This document shows positions 51,801 through 63,336 of a stretch of 64,000 nt of DNA, one piece after another. The notes under the pieces are model-generated. The model was not told the origin of the DNA and did no database searches. It saw nothing but the letters and a program-made list of their open reading frames with translations. Numbering within the stretch: position 1 is the first letter of the stretch; each line of letters opens with the position of its first letter. A program made the translations under genes and the position numbers. The DNA is from Eutreptiella sp. 'Long Island Sound 2002' (lineage: Eukaryota; Protista; Euglenida), in NCBI GenBank assembly GCA_964036045.1, contig OZ038379.1, forward strand, positions 43,276,001 through 43,340,000. The letters are read 5' to 3'.

Positions 51801-54800
51801 TTGCCTTCTTGACCTCCGGGGAACATAGCCAGTGGGGTTTGTTTTGTTGTTGTGGGATTTCTTGGACACTCCACAACCTTGGGGAGCACGTCACCATCAC
51901 TGCTAACCTCGGTTGCCATGCAGCCACGCTTTGACTTTCCCTTCTATGGTACTTTCTTTGGAGTTTGACCACCTTCTGGATACTCTGCAACCTTGGTCCT
52001 AGACGCAGGTGCAGGTTCTTTCTTCTCATCAATGTCACCTTCGTCATCCAAGTTGAAATCCTCCCTTTCCAATAGAAACGGGTTTGTCTCGCTCTATACT
52101 TGGTGGCCACTTGTCCCAAGGACTATTATAAAGGCAATCAAACCGTGCAACGAGGCTGCTTAAGTTCCCCGTGAACATGGTAAGCTCAGGGTGCGGTTTC
52201 CCAAATCCTAGGCCAACATTAACGAACTGTGTCAGGGTTGTCAATTGCGCTGCCCGATGGGGGAACTTTGACAATATTAGTACCCAAGCAGGGTCTGGAT
52301 CCGGATCACAACGTGGATAAGGGCCAAACCCAAGTCTCCCATAGCAACCAGCCGGCAAGGGCAATTGCGGTAGTAGAACGCAAATCTCCTTGCAGTGTTG
52401 TCCATTGCGCTGCCCGATGGGGGAACTTTGACAATATTAGTACCCAAGCAGGGTCCGGATCCGGATCACAACGTGGATAAGGGCTGAACCCAAGTCTCCC
52501 ATAGCAACCAGCCGGCAAGGGCAATTGCGGTAGTAGAACTCAAATCTCCTTGGTAAGATGTAACATATTTGGGAACCTTGCTTCATGAATAGGACCGGCA
52601 AATGATGCACGACAATGTGTACATTGTGGAAGTTGACACAACATCACAACGATATGTGAATGTTCCTCGCAGCCATCCCAAGCATCATTGTGCCGACATT
52701 CCAACGCCAAGCTAATTAGCAGCACTGCAATCAATCCAGAGATACAAATGGCATCATTCTATTTCAACCTCCGCACAATCAAAGCCCTCAACTTCAATTT
52801 GTCCTCATCAAGTTCAATGAACATTTGTAGCATGACACACAGAAATCTTTAGATAGATGCTTCGCCAAAAAGTAGTTTAGCAGACGAAAAGAAGTACTTG
52901 ATTTTATACCACCGAGCGATCTTTGGCGCCCCTTTTCCATAGATCGTACAAGGTTTCCGGGTATGCGCATAGAAATAGCTCCACACCTTCTCATCACATG
53001 CCTTGACATTGACTACCACAAGGGGACAGGACATTGCCAGGCGAAAACCATCCCACTTGGGTGACGTGCACAGAGTACATCGCCATACTACATCCGAAGG
53101 AGGCCAAATGTCCTCTGACCAATCTCCAAGATTGACAGTCACCAACGACGTTGACTCCACATGCTTTTGCACCCAAACCATTTCATGATCGGTTTTTGGC
53201 AAATGGCATACATGAAGCATATTGCTACAGCGCCAATAGAACGACAGGCTCAAAGCAAGGTGTTCACATCCTTCTTGTTAAACGAACCAACATATTTCCT
53301 GCACGCATACATGCATTCTTTGAAATTGCTTCCTTTTAGATGCCTCTAACGAGGTGACCGAGTCCGACCAGATTAGCATGCTTCCACTTGACACAATGGA
53401 CAATTTCGTCATATTGTGTCCAATACAGCCCCGGGGTCATCTTCAGACTTGTGATCGCCAAATGTTGTCACATGGCCACATTTTTCGGAAGCAGGAACTA
53501 GCAAATGTACCTATGCAATGGGCAATTTGTTGTAACACACTAGTTTGAGTGCTATCGAAATACTGTGCGGCCACACGACACGCCGAAGAGGCACGCTGCC
53601 GGCGGCAATCACTGCACGAGACCGGGTCCCAAGCAACAACGGTGACCAGGTGCCGCAAACTTGGGAAGCGGCACATAGAGCAACACACAAGGCATGCAAG
53701 ACCACGCACAACCACACCAACTGGAACGCGAGGTCCAACTAGGCAGCACCCGAATAGATGTGGCGTGGCTGAGGGGCGCCCACTTGACACCTCGGAACGT
53801 GGCACACCAACCCACACCCGAGGACCAACGAGGCAGCGCCCATGGGATGTAGCCTCGTTGAAAGGCGCCCAGCGGCTGCCCCGGGACCCGGCACAACAAA
53901 CCGCACCCGAGGACCAACGAGGCTGCACCCAAAGGACGTGGCCCGGCTGAGGGGCGCCCGGTAGAAGCCCCGGGATCCGGCACACCCACCGGCACGCCAG
54001 GTTCAACCACGTATCGCCCAAAGTACGTGGCGTGGCTAAGGGGCGCCCAACGGACGCGCCGGGACCCGACACACCACCACGCACCCAACGACCAACCATG
54101 TTGCCCGACCGGACACGCCGCGACCCGGCACACCAACCCGAACTCGAGGACCAACCACATAGCGCCCAAAGGACGTGGCCTGGCAGAGGGGCGCCCAGCG
54201 GACGCCCCGGGACCGGGCACACCCACCCGCACGCGAGGTTCAACCAAGCAGCGCCCAAATGTGGTGGCCTCGCTGAGGGGCGCCTAGCGGCCGCCCCCGG
54301 ACGTGGCACAACAACCAGCGCGCGAGGACCATCCGCCCCCTTGTGACCAGATGTCGAGGCACATGTGATCATACGCCCCGGAGCCCGAGGTCATACGCCC
54401 AGGCACCCATGGTTAGACGGCAGCAGGGAGTGCAGAACGGGGACCGGAACAGCCCCCCCCCCCCTTAAGACAAATAAGGAGGCAAGAACCCCAATAAGAG
54501 ACGCGGAGGGGCACGAACCACACGGAACGGGCCTACCAATGCCCTCCAAGGGGACCTCGCGGAGTGCGCGCGGATGGAAGAGGTGGGGGGGGGGGAAGCC
54601 GGACAGGAGCAACGGGAGTGACACGAGGGCAAGCACGCCCAACACACAAGGGATACACAACGAAAGGGCAAGGGCCACCAGACCGAGGACGCGGAACGCG
54701 CAGCCCTCTTGGAATGGCGTACCAACGCACAAGGAAAAACGACACCCGAACGTGACAATCCACCACACCAACCGCGAGAGCCGCGTACGACAACATGGAA

Positions 54801-55355
54801 GACGCGGAGGGGGCACACAATCAGGCGCCGGCCTCACCCTCGACCCGCCGCGCGCGCCGGAACACACAAGTAGGGCACTACACGTGCAAACGTAGCAGTG
54901 GGGGCCCAACCCCCCATGCACCAGCCCTCTGGCATAGCAGCCTCCACGCCATCCCCGGAAGTCCCAGTGGCGACAAGCCAATAGCACGGGCCCCGCGGCG
55001 CCGGCTTTCTGGGCGACCACACATTAGGGGGGCGGCGTAGTGGATAAGTGCCTTGAGTCCCGCCTGCACCACACGTGGTTTCTAGAGACACACCTACCGG
55101 GGAGTGACAAAAGAAGAAGCCGGGGAACGACAGGGCTCCGTGCCTAGTGAACCTTGTGAAACCGTTAGGAGGCAGGAAGTGCCCCTAACAAGTACGACAT
55201 GGAGTGTCCTAAGGCCCCCCACTACGAGGGGCCAACGGCAGGCACCATGAGCGCGGTTCTCCACCGGCCTCCACATGCGCCGTGCAGTTGCCCAAAAAGA
55301 CGCGGGAAGCTAAGCACCCGTTAGGGGAAGGCACCACGGCGACGGGTAAGCAGAC
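48820..55355. mobile_element. Large decayed repeat family, copy 2 (about 6.5 kb, overall inverted relative to copy 1)
   Basis: 48820-50705 and 54070-55355 match copy 1 in inverted orientation. 50757-51795 and 51792-54066 match it in direct orientation. Confidence 0.7.
52244..52552. repeat. 160-bp-offset tandem duplication
   Basis: ATTGCGCTGCCCGATGGGGGAACTTTGACAATATTAG starts at 52244 and at 52404. Confidence 0.9.
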
Positions 55356-58322
55356 TCGGCATTGAGATTGCCCGGACCGGACGAGGCCCGGCGCACTAAA
55401 CCGGCACTGTAGCACATACGTGATTGATAGTGCCCACCACCAAGTCGAACAGATGGTTCCACAATATCTAGACCCCATTGTGCAATTCAAAGTGGCAATG
55501 CACGATTTCGTGATGAGAAGGAAACTCCTACTTCCAACTTAATGTCGAAGACCTCCACCGTGCTCTTCTCTTTCAGCAGCACTGCCTTTTCGATTGCTAT
55601 GCAAACCAGTACCTTGTCTTCTCCGTACTTGCCTGCCTACAGCCCACAATGAATCTTGGACATGCGTAGGGAATGAAAAATTTTAATCGGCGCAACCTTT
55701 GGCACGGTCGGATGAATAAACACGTTGACACAATGGTTCTATGTACATTTCAATTAGTAAAAGAGGAAGTGGAAGAATCAGCAGCAAACTGCAATGTCTA
55801 GTTAGGTTACCAGGACTTCATTGATACCGAATCAACATACTTGGAAGCTTTACCCACACCTTTCAGCCACTTTGGATATCTTGAAGACATTCACCGAATC
55901 ATGTGTCGCACTGCTCTCTCCCGCCAAATCTTGATGCCTGTCCAGGTGACATTCACTCTTGATCCCTTGCGGAATTGCAAAGGAGCACCACTTCGGAGGG
56001 GTCTTCTGCTACGGAAAATACCTCATATAATGACGGAAAGCAGCTGGAGTTACATGCTGACACTCCACAACCCTTTGATACCATCTATGTGACAACAGTG
56101 TGTCAAAATAGGACTTGGAGGTCGGAGCGATCTTTTGTGTGCTTGTTCAAACAAGTGCACTTCAGAATCATCGCAAATAGGAAATTGGACACATGAGCTA
56201 CGTTAGCTTTACCAATCTAGATTTGACACTCCAAAGGACCACGGCGCGCATACAATTTGAGATTTTCGAAATGGTTCTGCACTTCCTTCTCATCAAGGGT
56301 TCTGGTCTCCTCATATTGTCCCTACATGTCCTAGGAGAGCTGGTGGATGGGGGTTTTCCTCTTTTTTTTTTCCGCCCAATGCATTAATCCCGGCTAACAA
56401 ATTCGGTTTTCTGCTTTCTCCGAAGGTGGTTTTCCGCGTGACTGCTTCTTGGGCACTGCTTGTGTAAGCGTTCCCTGCTCAAGCGGACCTGCAGCCTCCC
56501 AAACAGGCTCGTTAGGGTACCCGGCGACATTCACACTGCTTGGAAGTTGCCTGTCCGACATATCTGTACAAAATGCATTCTCATTCTGTTGATATCCATT
56601 TGCACAATGAGAGACGATGCATTTGTCCATAAACTGACTGGAACAGCAGGAACAACACCTTTTTCAGGGACGAAATAGTTTTTGGCCAAGTGCAATTATC
56701 AGAATGTACATTGTGAATATTTTTGAGAAATTTCATAATGCGAGGCGGACAAACTGAACTCATCCTTCACGAGGACTAGCGGACATGCGCTTGCGGACGT
56801 GTGAAGTGAAATCACACTCTATGAATTTGTGTCATCATCCCCTTGGTACGTGCTCGCGCCAGCCTTGCTGGTAATTTGGAAAGGTGTTGTCCACACCATG
56901 TCAAACCAACTAGACAGATGGGCAACCTAGTTTAAACCAACATGGGGCGGGGATGTATGAGCCTTGGTGCTGCTGCTGCAGAGGCTTGCGGTTTTGGTTT
57001 TGCTTGGAGTTTTGGTGCTAGCGTACGTGCTTGAGGTCTAGTAGCAAGTGGTTTTGGGGCCACCCCCCCCCCCCCCCGCGCATACCAGGTCTATGTGGTT
57101 CACGCCGCAACGTGGTGCCTACGATTGGCGTGTGTCCACGATATCTCTCTGGGTACGTGCCGTATTTGCGTAGGCGTGCAATTGGTCGTTAAGCCTCCCT
57201 GTTCGGCACATTGGCGGTCCGGGGCACATGTTCGTCCAATAGAACAATAGTCATGTCATTGGCATCCACTACATTTATTAGGGTGTACAAGGTCTGGCGA
57301 CGTAGGTTTGCCCAGTGATTCCGCCTTACAAGCACTGGCAACACGAGTGGGTCTTGTACCCTCCGCCCACATCGCTTGCACAGTGACGGTCTTTGTCTTC
57401 TCCCACTTGATGGGAGCAACATCGTTATTCAATGAACCATATACTAGGCGCTGCGGGTTCCGAGCAACGTAGGAATAGAGCCCCATAGGAATTGTGCTAC
57501 TCACCAAGTCCTTTTCACGGTGACTGGCAGGCTTAAGAAGCAGGTACATGTCACAAATAGCATAAATGGTGTTTGAATGGGGATGGCGACACATGGACGA
57601 ATTTCCTCCGATTGGAATTGCGCAGGTAAGGGTGTCATCCACGGACACCACATCCAAATCGCAATGGGTGCACATCCAACATACTCAACCAAGTGTTCAA
57701 GGCCCAGTGTTAGTTGAACCAAAACGTGCAGCAAGTAATTACCTTATTTGCTGGGCTGCTATCTCAAGCCCCCAAGTTGCAGTCTGGACCAAATGTTCCC
57801 AACAAAAAAAAGGCCCGAACGTGCTCAAACCACAAATTCTTCAGACCATCAACATTGCCCTTAATGCGGCGAGCCCTTTCAGATCCATCTCTTCCCCATT
57901 GTGCAATAGTGTCCACAGAGACATCAAGTTGACCCCTTACGTGAGATGATCCAAGCAGCAAACAGGCCACTAGATATTTCAGGTATATCAGCTTCTGAAA
58001 TGCCTATACTTGGATATGAGGCTCCGGACTGCAGTGAGTAATGGCAAAAAACAGTGAACCAAGAAGGGAGTAGGTCAATGACAAAACATATCTGCAGGGG
58101 TGCCGAATCCGGACGATGGGCGGCGACGTTGTCAACACCGGCCACAAATCCCCAACCAAATAGGTTGAGATATAGCACAATTTCATGATTCGCTAATGAA
58201 TGTTTTCATCAACAATGATGGGAAACGGGGTCTCGGGGTCTCCGTTTTTTTTCATGTCTTCAATTGTGTGTAGCAGCAACATTTGATCATGTTGCTTTCC
58301 CGTATGTGCCTTTGTGATCATG

Positions 58323-58678
58323 CCCTAGGTACACACTAGAAGACCCAATTTCGTTCTAGCCTAGATGGCGCTAGAAGGCTAGAACGAGAAAAAGAGGGGG
58401 TCACCCCCACCGATGGGGTCAAGGGTGGGTGATATGAGGGATCCAACTCCAACCCCCCATCCTTACTTGGGGGCCTAGGGCTTTTTTTTCACAATTTCAG
58501 CGTTTTTACCTTGAATTGGAATGGAAAAAGTTTTCGTTCCAGCGACGTTCCAGCGACGTTTTAGCGCCGCTCCTTAGAACGGCGCTAGAACATGTAGCCT
58601 CGAACGAAATCAAAACAAAAACATTCAAACATTTTGGCAAGCAAAGGGCACCAATCTTTGTGTCGGAGGGGTTCCATG

Positions 58679-58709
<31 letters not shown>

Positions 58710-59679
58710 AAAACCAACATAGTGGGCGGATGTATAGTCATAGGTGCTCCCACACACCCCCACACACACCCACCCACCCACCCACACACACACACACACA
58801 CATTGACATAGGCATAGGCACCATGGGGCTGCCCTCCCTTCAAGCAGTGGGTTTGGGGGGGGGGCTGTTTCCTTGCTTTGCACGTTTGTAATGGGGGGGG
58901 GGGGGCTTGAGAGGTGTTGGGGGCCGGGGTGGGGGCAGCTAGGGGTGTGGGAGGGTGTTCTTTTCAATCAGAGGGAGGGTGCAAATTTCAATCACAAAAA
59001 GACTTGCAACCCAATATCCCGAACTAGCCCCTTTATCTGCTTTGGGGCACATCAATAGCCAAATTCCACCATTTTACCAGTTGTGACCATCCCGGATGCA
59101 TCACTCTCAGAAAGCCAAGCAAGGTGCAGAAGAGGGGAATAAGACAGGGAAGAGGGGGACAACAAGCAGTGGGGCAAACTTTCCCGCAATGCTGGCATTC
59201 TTGCAAACTGCCTATGAAAAACGAAAGGATACCCTCCCTAACCTCAAATGCAATACAACAAGCAACAATAGCCGGAGAACTCACACCACAACATCGAAGG
59301 GGGGAGGGGGGGATAGCCCAACCCTCGGGGGGTGATGGTAAGGTGTTTGTGTGTGCCGTCTCCCCTCTCCTCCCTACCCTCGACATCGTACGTAGTGTGG
59401 TGTAGTGTTTGTATGCCTATGCCAAACCGTGTATGTGCTAGGGGAGGGGGTGGGTACATATGCGTATGCATGCGTCAACTGTGTAGGTTCCTAAGCGTTT
59501 ATATGTCATGCACCCCCCCCCCCCGATACAAGGTGATTACTTGTTTTTTGTGTTGTACCTATTTTACCAGTCCAGGCTAGAAAGATTTGTGTTCTAGCCT
59601 GATATTTTCTAGGCTAGCACATCTAGACTAGAATTGTTCTAACCTAGAACGAAATTGGGTCTTCTAACATGTACCAAGG
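58323..59679. mobile_element. 1.36-kb MITE-like non-autonomous TIR element with a 3-bp target duplication (ATG)
   Basis: Left end (C)CCTAGGTACACACTAGAAGACCCAATTTCGTTCTAG versus reverse-complemented right end CCTTGGTACATGTTAGAAGACCCAATTTCGTTCTAG. ATG lies at 58320-58322 and 59680-59682. The empty paralogous site GATGATGAAAGGATGCC is at about 60,487. Subterminal CTAGAAC/GTTCTAG motifs are present. Confidence 0.8.
58679..58802. repeat. (CA)n and CCCA/CA microsatellites inside the MITE
   Basis: About (CA)15 at 58679-58708 and a mixed CACC/CA tract at 58750-58802. Confidence 0.9.
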
Positions 59680-60578
59680 ATGAAAGGATGCCATGGCTGA
59701 CTACGAACGCCTAGTGTGCGCACATCTGGTACAGGACATCGGAGACAACAAAGTCGGATAGTCTGCTGCATGAATCCTGTCACCGGAGTGTTCAAACCAT
59801 TGAATGATGTGCACAAAGCTCTGCTTACCTCTCGTATTGCAGCGACAAGGCTATACAACATTGGCCAACCTATAACCACTGGTATTCACTGTGGCAGGAT
59901 AATACAACTACTGCCGTGCAGATTAAGCTCTTGTGTCTCCACTAGCCCAGTTGCAGTCACGCACCAATGTGCCCAACAAAAAAAAAGGCCGGAACGTACT
60001 CAAACAGCAAAGTCTTCATACCATGAGCATTGCCCTTAATGCGGCGAGCCCTTTCAGACCCGTCTCTTCCTCATTATGCAATAGTGTCCACATAGACATC
60101 CAGTTGACCCCTTACGTGAGATGATCCAAGCAGCAAACAAGGAACCAGATATTTCAGGTATATCAGCTTCTGAAATGCTTGTACTTGGATACGAGGCTCC
60201 GGACTGCAGTGAGTAATGGCAACAAATAGTGAGCCACAAAGATGGTAGGTCAATGTCAAAACATATCCGTAGGGGTGCCGAATCCGGACCATGGGCGTTA
60301 ATGTTCCTCGACACCGGCCGCTAATCCCCGAACACATAGGTTGAGATATAGCTCAATTTTATGATTCGCTAATGAATGTTTTCATCAACAACGATGCGAA
60401 ATGGGGTCTCGGTGTGTCTTTGGATGTCTCCAATTGCATGCGGTAGCAACGATAGATCATCTTGCTTTCGTATATGTGCGTGTGCGATGATGAAAGGATG
60501 CCATGGCTGACTACGAACGCCTAGTGTGCGCACAACCAGTACAGGACATCGTGCACAACAAAGTTGGACATGCTAGTT

Positions 60579-60751
60579 TTGCAGTCCTGAGTATTAGAAT
60601 TTGCCTGGTGCTGTGCCCCAAAGCAGATAAAGGGGCCAGTTCGGGTCCTTTGATTGTTGCAGTCCTGAGTATTAGAATTTGCCTGGTGCTGTGCCCCAAA
60701 GCAGATAAAGGGGCTAGTTCGGGTCCTTTGATTGTTGCAGTCCTGAGTATT
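60579..60751. repeat. 78-bp tandem repeat, about 2.2 copies
   Basis: GCAGTCCTGAGTATT starts at 60581, 60659 and 60737. An inverted partial copy lies at about 59015-59065. Confidence 0.9.
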
Positions 60752-61351
60752 TAACTGTGATGGTCTCACACCTCAAAACAGGTGCCCAGACCCTGAAATT
60801 TCTAACTGCTGATGGTCTCACACCTCAAAACAGGTGCCCAGACCCTGAAATTTCAAACTGCTGATGGTCTCACACCTCAAAGCAGGTGCCCAGACCCTGA
60901 AATTTCTAACTATTGATGGTCTCACACCTCAAAATAGGTGCCCAGAGCCTGAAATTTCTAACTGCTGATGGTCTCACACCTCAAAACAGGTGCCCAGACC
61001 CTGACATTTCTAACTGCTGATGGTCTCACACCTCAAAACAGCTGCCCAGACGCTGAAATTTTCAATTGCTGATGGTCTCACACCTCAAAACAGGTGCCCA
61101 AACCCTGAAATTTCTAACTGCTGATGGTCTCACACCTCAAAACAGGTGCCCAGACCCTGAAATTTCTAACTGCTGATGGTCTCACACCTCAAAACAGGTG
61201 CCCAAACCCTGAAATTTCTAACTGCTGATGGTCCCACACCTCAAAACAGGTGCCCAGAGCCTGAAATTTCTAACTGCTGATGGTCTCACACCTCAAAACA
61301 GGTGCCCAGACCCTGAAATTTCTAACTGCTGATGGTCTCACACGTCAAAAC
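60752..61351. repeat. 52-bp VNTR, about 11.5 highly similar copies
   Basis: The unit CTGATGGTCTCACACCTCAAAACAGGTGCCCAGACCCTGAAATTTCTAACTG repeats, with TGGTC recurring every 52 bp from 60761 to 61333. Confidence 0.97.
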
Positions 61352-61999
61352 GGCACCAACACTAGGAATATTGAGTAGCGCGGAAATTGTGCCGTAATAG
61401 GTGGTTGCCCGGAAAGTTGTACGGATGGGGCTGGCGGGAGCCCGCAAATTTTTGCCTGCATTTCGCCCTCCAAAGGAGCCCCTGATATCGGGTCCGATGC
61501 CCAGGCCGGCCTCGGTCCCCGGATTGAAAAACCGGGTGTCCGTCTTGGGGCCGCAAAGCGTGGAAGAAACGCCACCCCTAGAAAATTTTCGGGAGCGGGG
61601 AGCGTAGCACTTATGCTCAGGATAACACCATTCTATGCTAGGCGTCCAGGCACAATGTGTTGAGTTCTAGTGTGTGGGGCAGTGGAATGCTTGCTCTGTG
61701 GTGTCGCATAGTGTGAGATATTGTGTCCATGAGTCCACATATATGCACAACCATTGCAAGGGTCCTTGGGGGGGGTGTTGTACACATTGAATGTTTTGGT
61801 TCTAGCTTCGTTCTAGGCTAGCCGTTCTAGTATTGTTCTAGCCACCAAGTCGAAAGAGGCAATCAATGGCGAGAGCAATACAAGAACGGCAAGCCTAGAA
61901 CAAAACTAGAACCAAAACATCAAATGGGCACAACCCCTACAGGACCCTTGCAATGGCTGCACATGCATGTGCACCTACTGACACAATGTATCAGGTCAT

Positions 62000-62360
62000 G
62001 GAACAACAACCCACCAACGAACGGAACAACTAACAACCAACCAAGCAACCAACAATCAACCAAGCAAAACCACCAACCAACCACCCAACCATCTAACCAT
62101 GTGAACCATCTAACCATCCCACCAATGAACCCACTCACCAACCAACCAACAAACCAACTCCACCAACCCAACCAACCCAACCGACGAAGCAAAAAAACAA
62201 CCAATCCACCAACCCACCAACCCACCAACCCATCCACCAAACAACAGCCATCAATGCAACCAACCAACCAAACCAACCAACCAACCAACTAAGCCCAATT
62301 GACAACTTAACTCAGCAACAAACCAAACCCACCACGCCACCAACCAACCACATAAGCAAC
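62000..62360. repeat. Degenerate (CCAA)n simple repeat
   Basis: AACCAACCAAGCAACCAACAATCAACCAAGC ... CCAACCAACC. Confidence 0.85.
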
Positions 62361-62423
62361 CAACCAAGTGAATTTGTTGGTTTCTCTGTGTGTATGTGTG
62401 CTTGCCCTCCACACAACCCAGCC

Positions 62424-62462
<39 letters not shown>

Positions 62463-62503
62463 GCGCGTGCGCGCGCGATTGCGAAACACAGCACAACAAA
62501 GGT

Positions 62504-62544
<41 letters not shown>
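62424..62544. repeat. (CA)n/(CG)n alternating purine-pyrimidine tracts
   Basis: Uninterrupted alternation spans 62424-62477, with (CA)n running into GCGCGCGTGCGCGCGCG. A second (CA)n lies at about 62505-62544. Confidence 0.92.
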
Positions 62545-62546
<2 letters not shown>

Positions 62547-63336
62547 TTGGGTCTGCTTTACTCGCCAAACATGTGTGAATGTTTTCGTTCTAGTTTCGTT
62601 CCGGGCTGGATTTTCTAGGCCGGAATGAAACTTTTCTAGTGCGCTGGCTAGAATAAAACTAGAACGAAACTAGAACGAAACTTTTTGGACCCGAAACTTG
62701 CTTCAAAAAATATAAAACCCAAAAAGCTGGACTTGGGACCCATGGTACGGTTTGTGGGGTCCAACTTTCATCATTGGTATTTCCAACCAAGAACCCATAC
62801 GGTTCGAGGCAATGCTCATCTTTATCGTTCTAGCTATTCTAGTGACTCTGGCCTGGAACAGCAATTGGCCGTTCTAACGTGGACCGAGGGTTGTGCATGT
62901 GCACTGAATTTTTATGATGTGTGATTTTGTGTGTGGCACTACATACCATAAATTACAATGCACCTGGTTTTTGGATTCCTTGATTTGTGGAAATTTGCAG
63001 TAATCTAACCAATATTGTGTGTATTGCAGAGTTACGCCCCGGTCATTTGGAGGCACGGGGGGGTGGCCGGGCCCGGTCCTTGTATGCGACCCCCCCAGCC
63101 CCCCCCCCCCCCCCCCCGGGTTTTGAAAGATAGTGGTGCCGGGTTGGCCACCAACAAGTGTCTCTAGAGAAAACTGTCTGGCGCCAAAGGCGCCAAATTT
63201 ATTTTTCATACTATGTGTTTATACTCAAAATACTCAAAATTTTGTAGAGAAATCATATTTGTGTTAAAACAACAAGAAAAAATTTTGACCTGAAAGAGGG
63301 CTACAGGAGGGCTGCAGGCCCTAACAGCAACAACAA

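Larger units (their letters stand above)
57770..60560 (+). repeat. Diverged tandem duplication of a decayed ORF segment; the first unit is split by a MITE
   Basis: 57770-58322 plus 59680-59760 is collinear with 59945-60560. ATTGCCCTTAATGCGGCGAGCCCTTTCAGA and ATGAAAGGATGCCATGGCTGACTACGAACGCCTAG occur in both. Confidence 0.85.

Noticed and set aside
60752-61351. CRISPR interpretation of the 52-bp array
   Set aside because: The whole unit is repeated and there is no variable spacer.
58330-62681. Heat-shock elements from the GTTCTAG/CTAGAAC clusters
   Set aside because: The motifs do not form contiguous alternating nGAAn arrays, and their position at inverted termini is better explained as element subterminal repeats.
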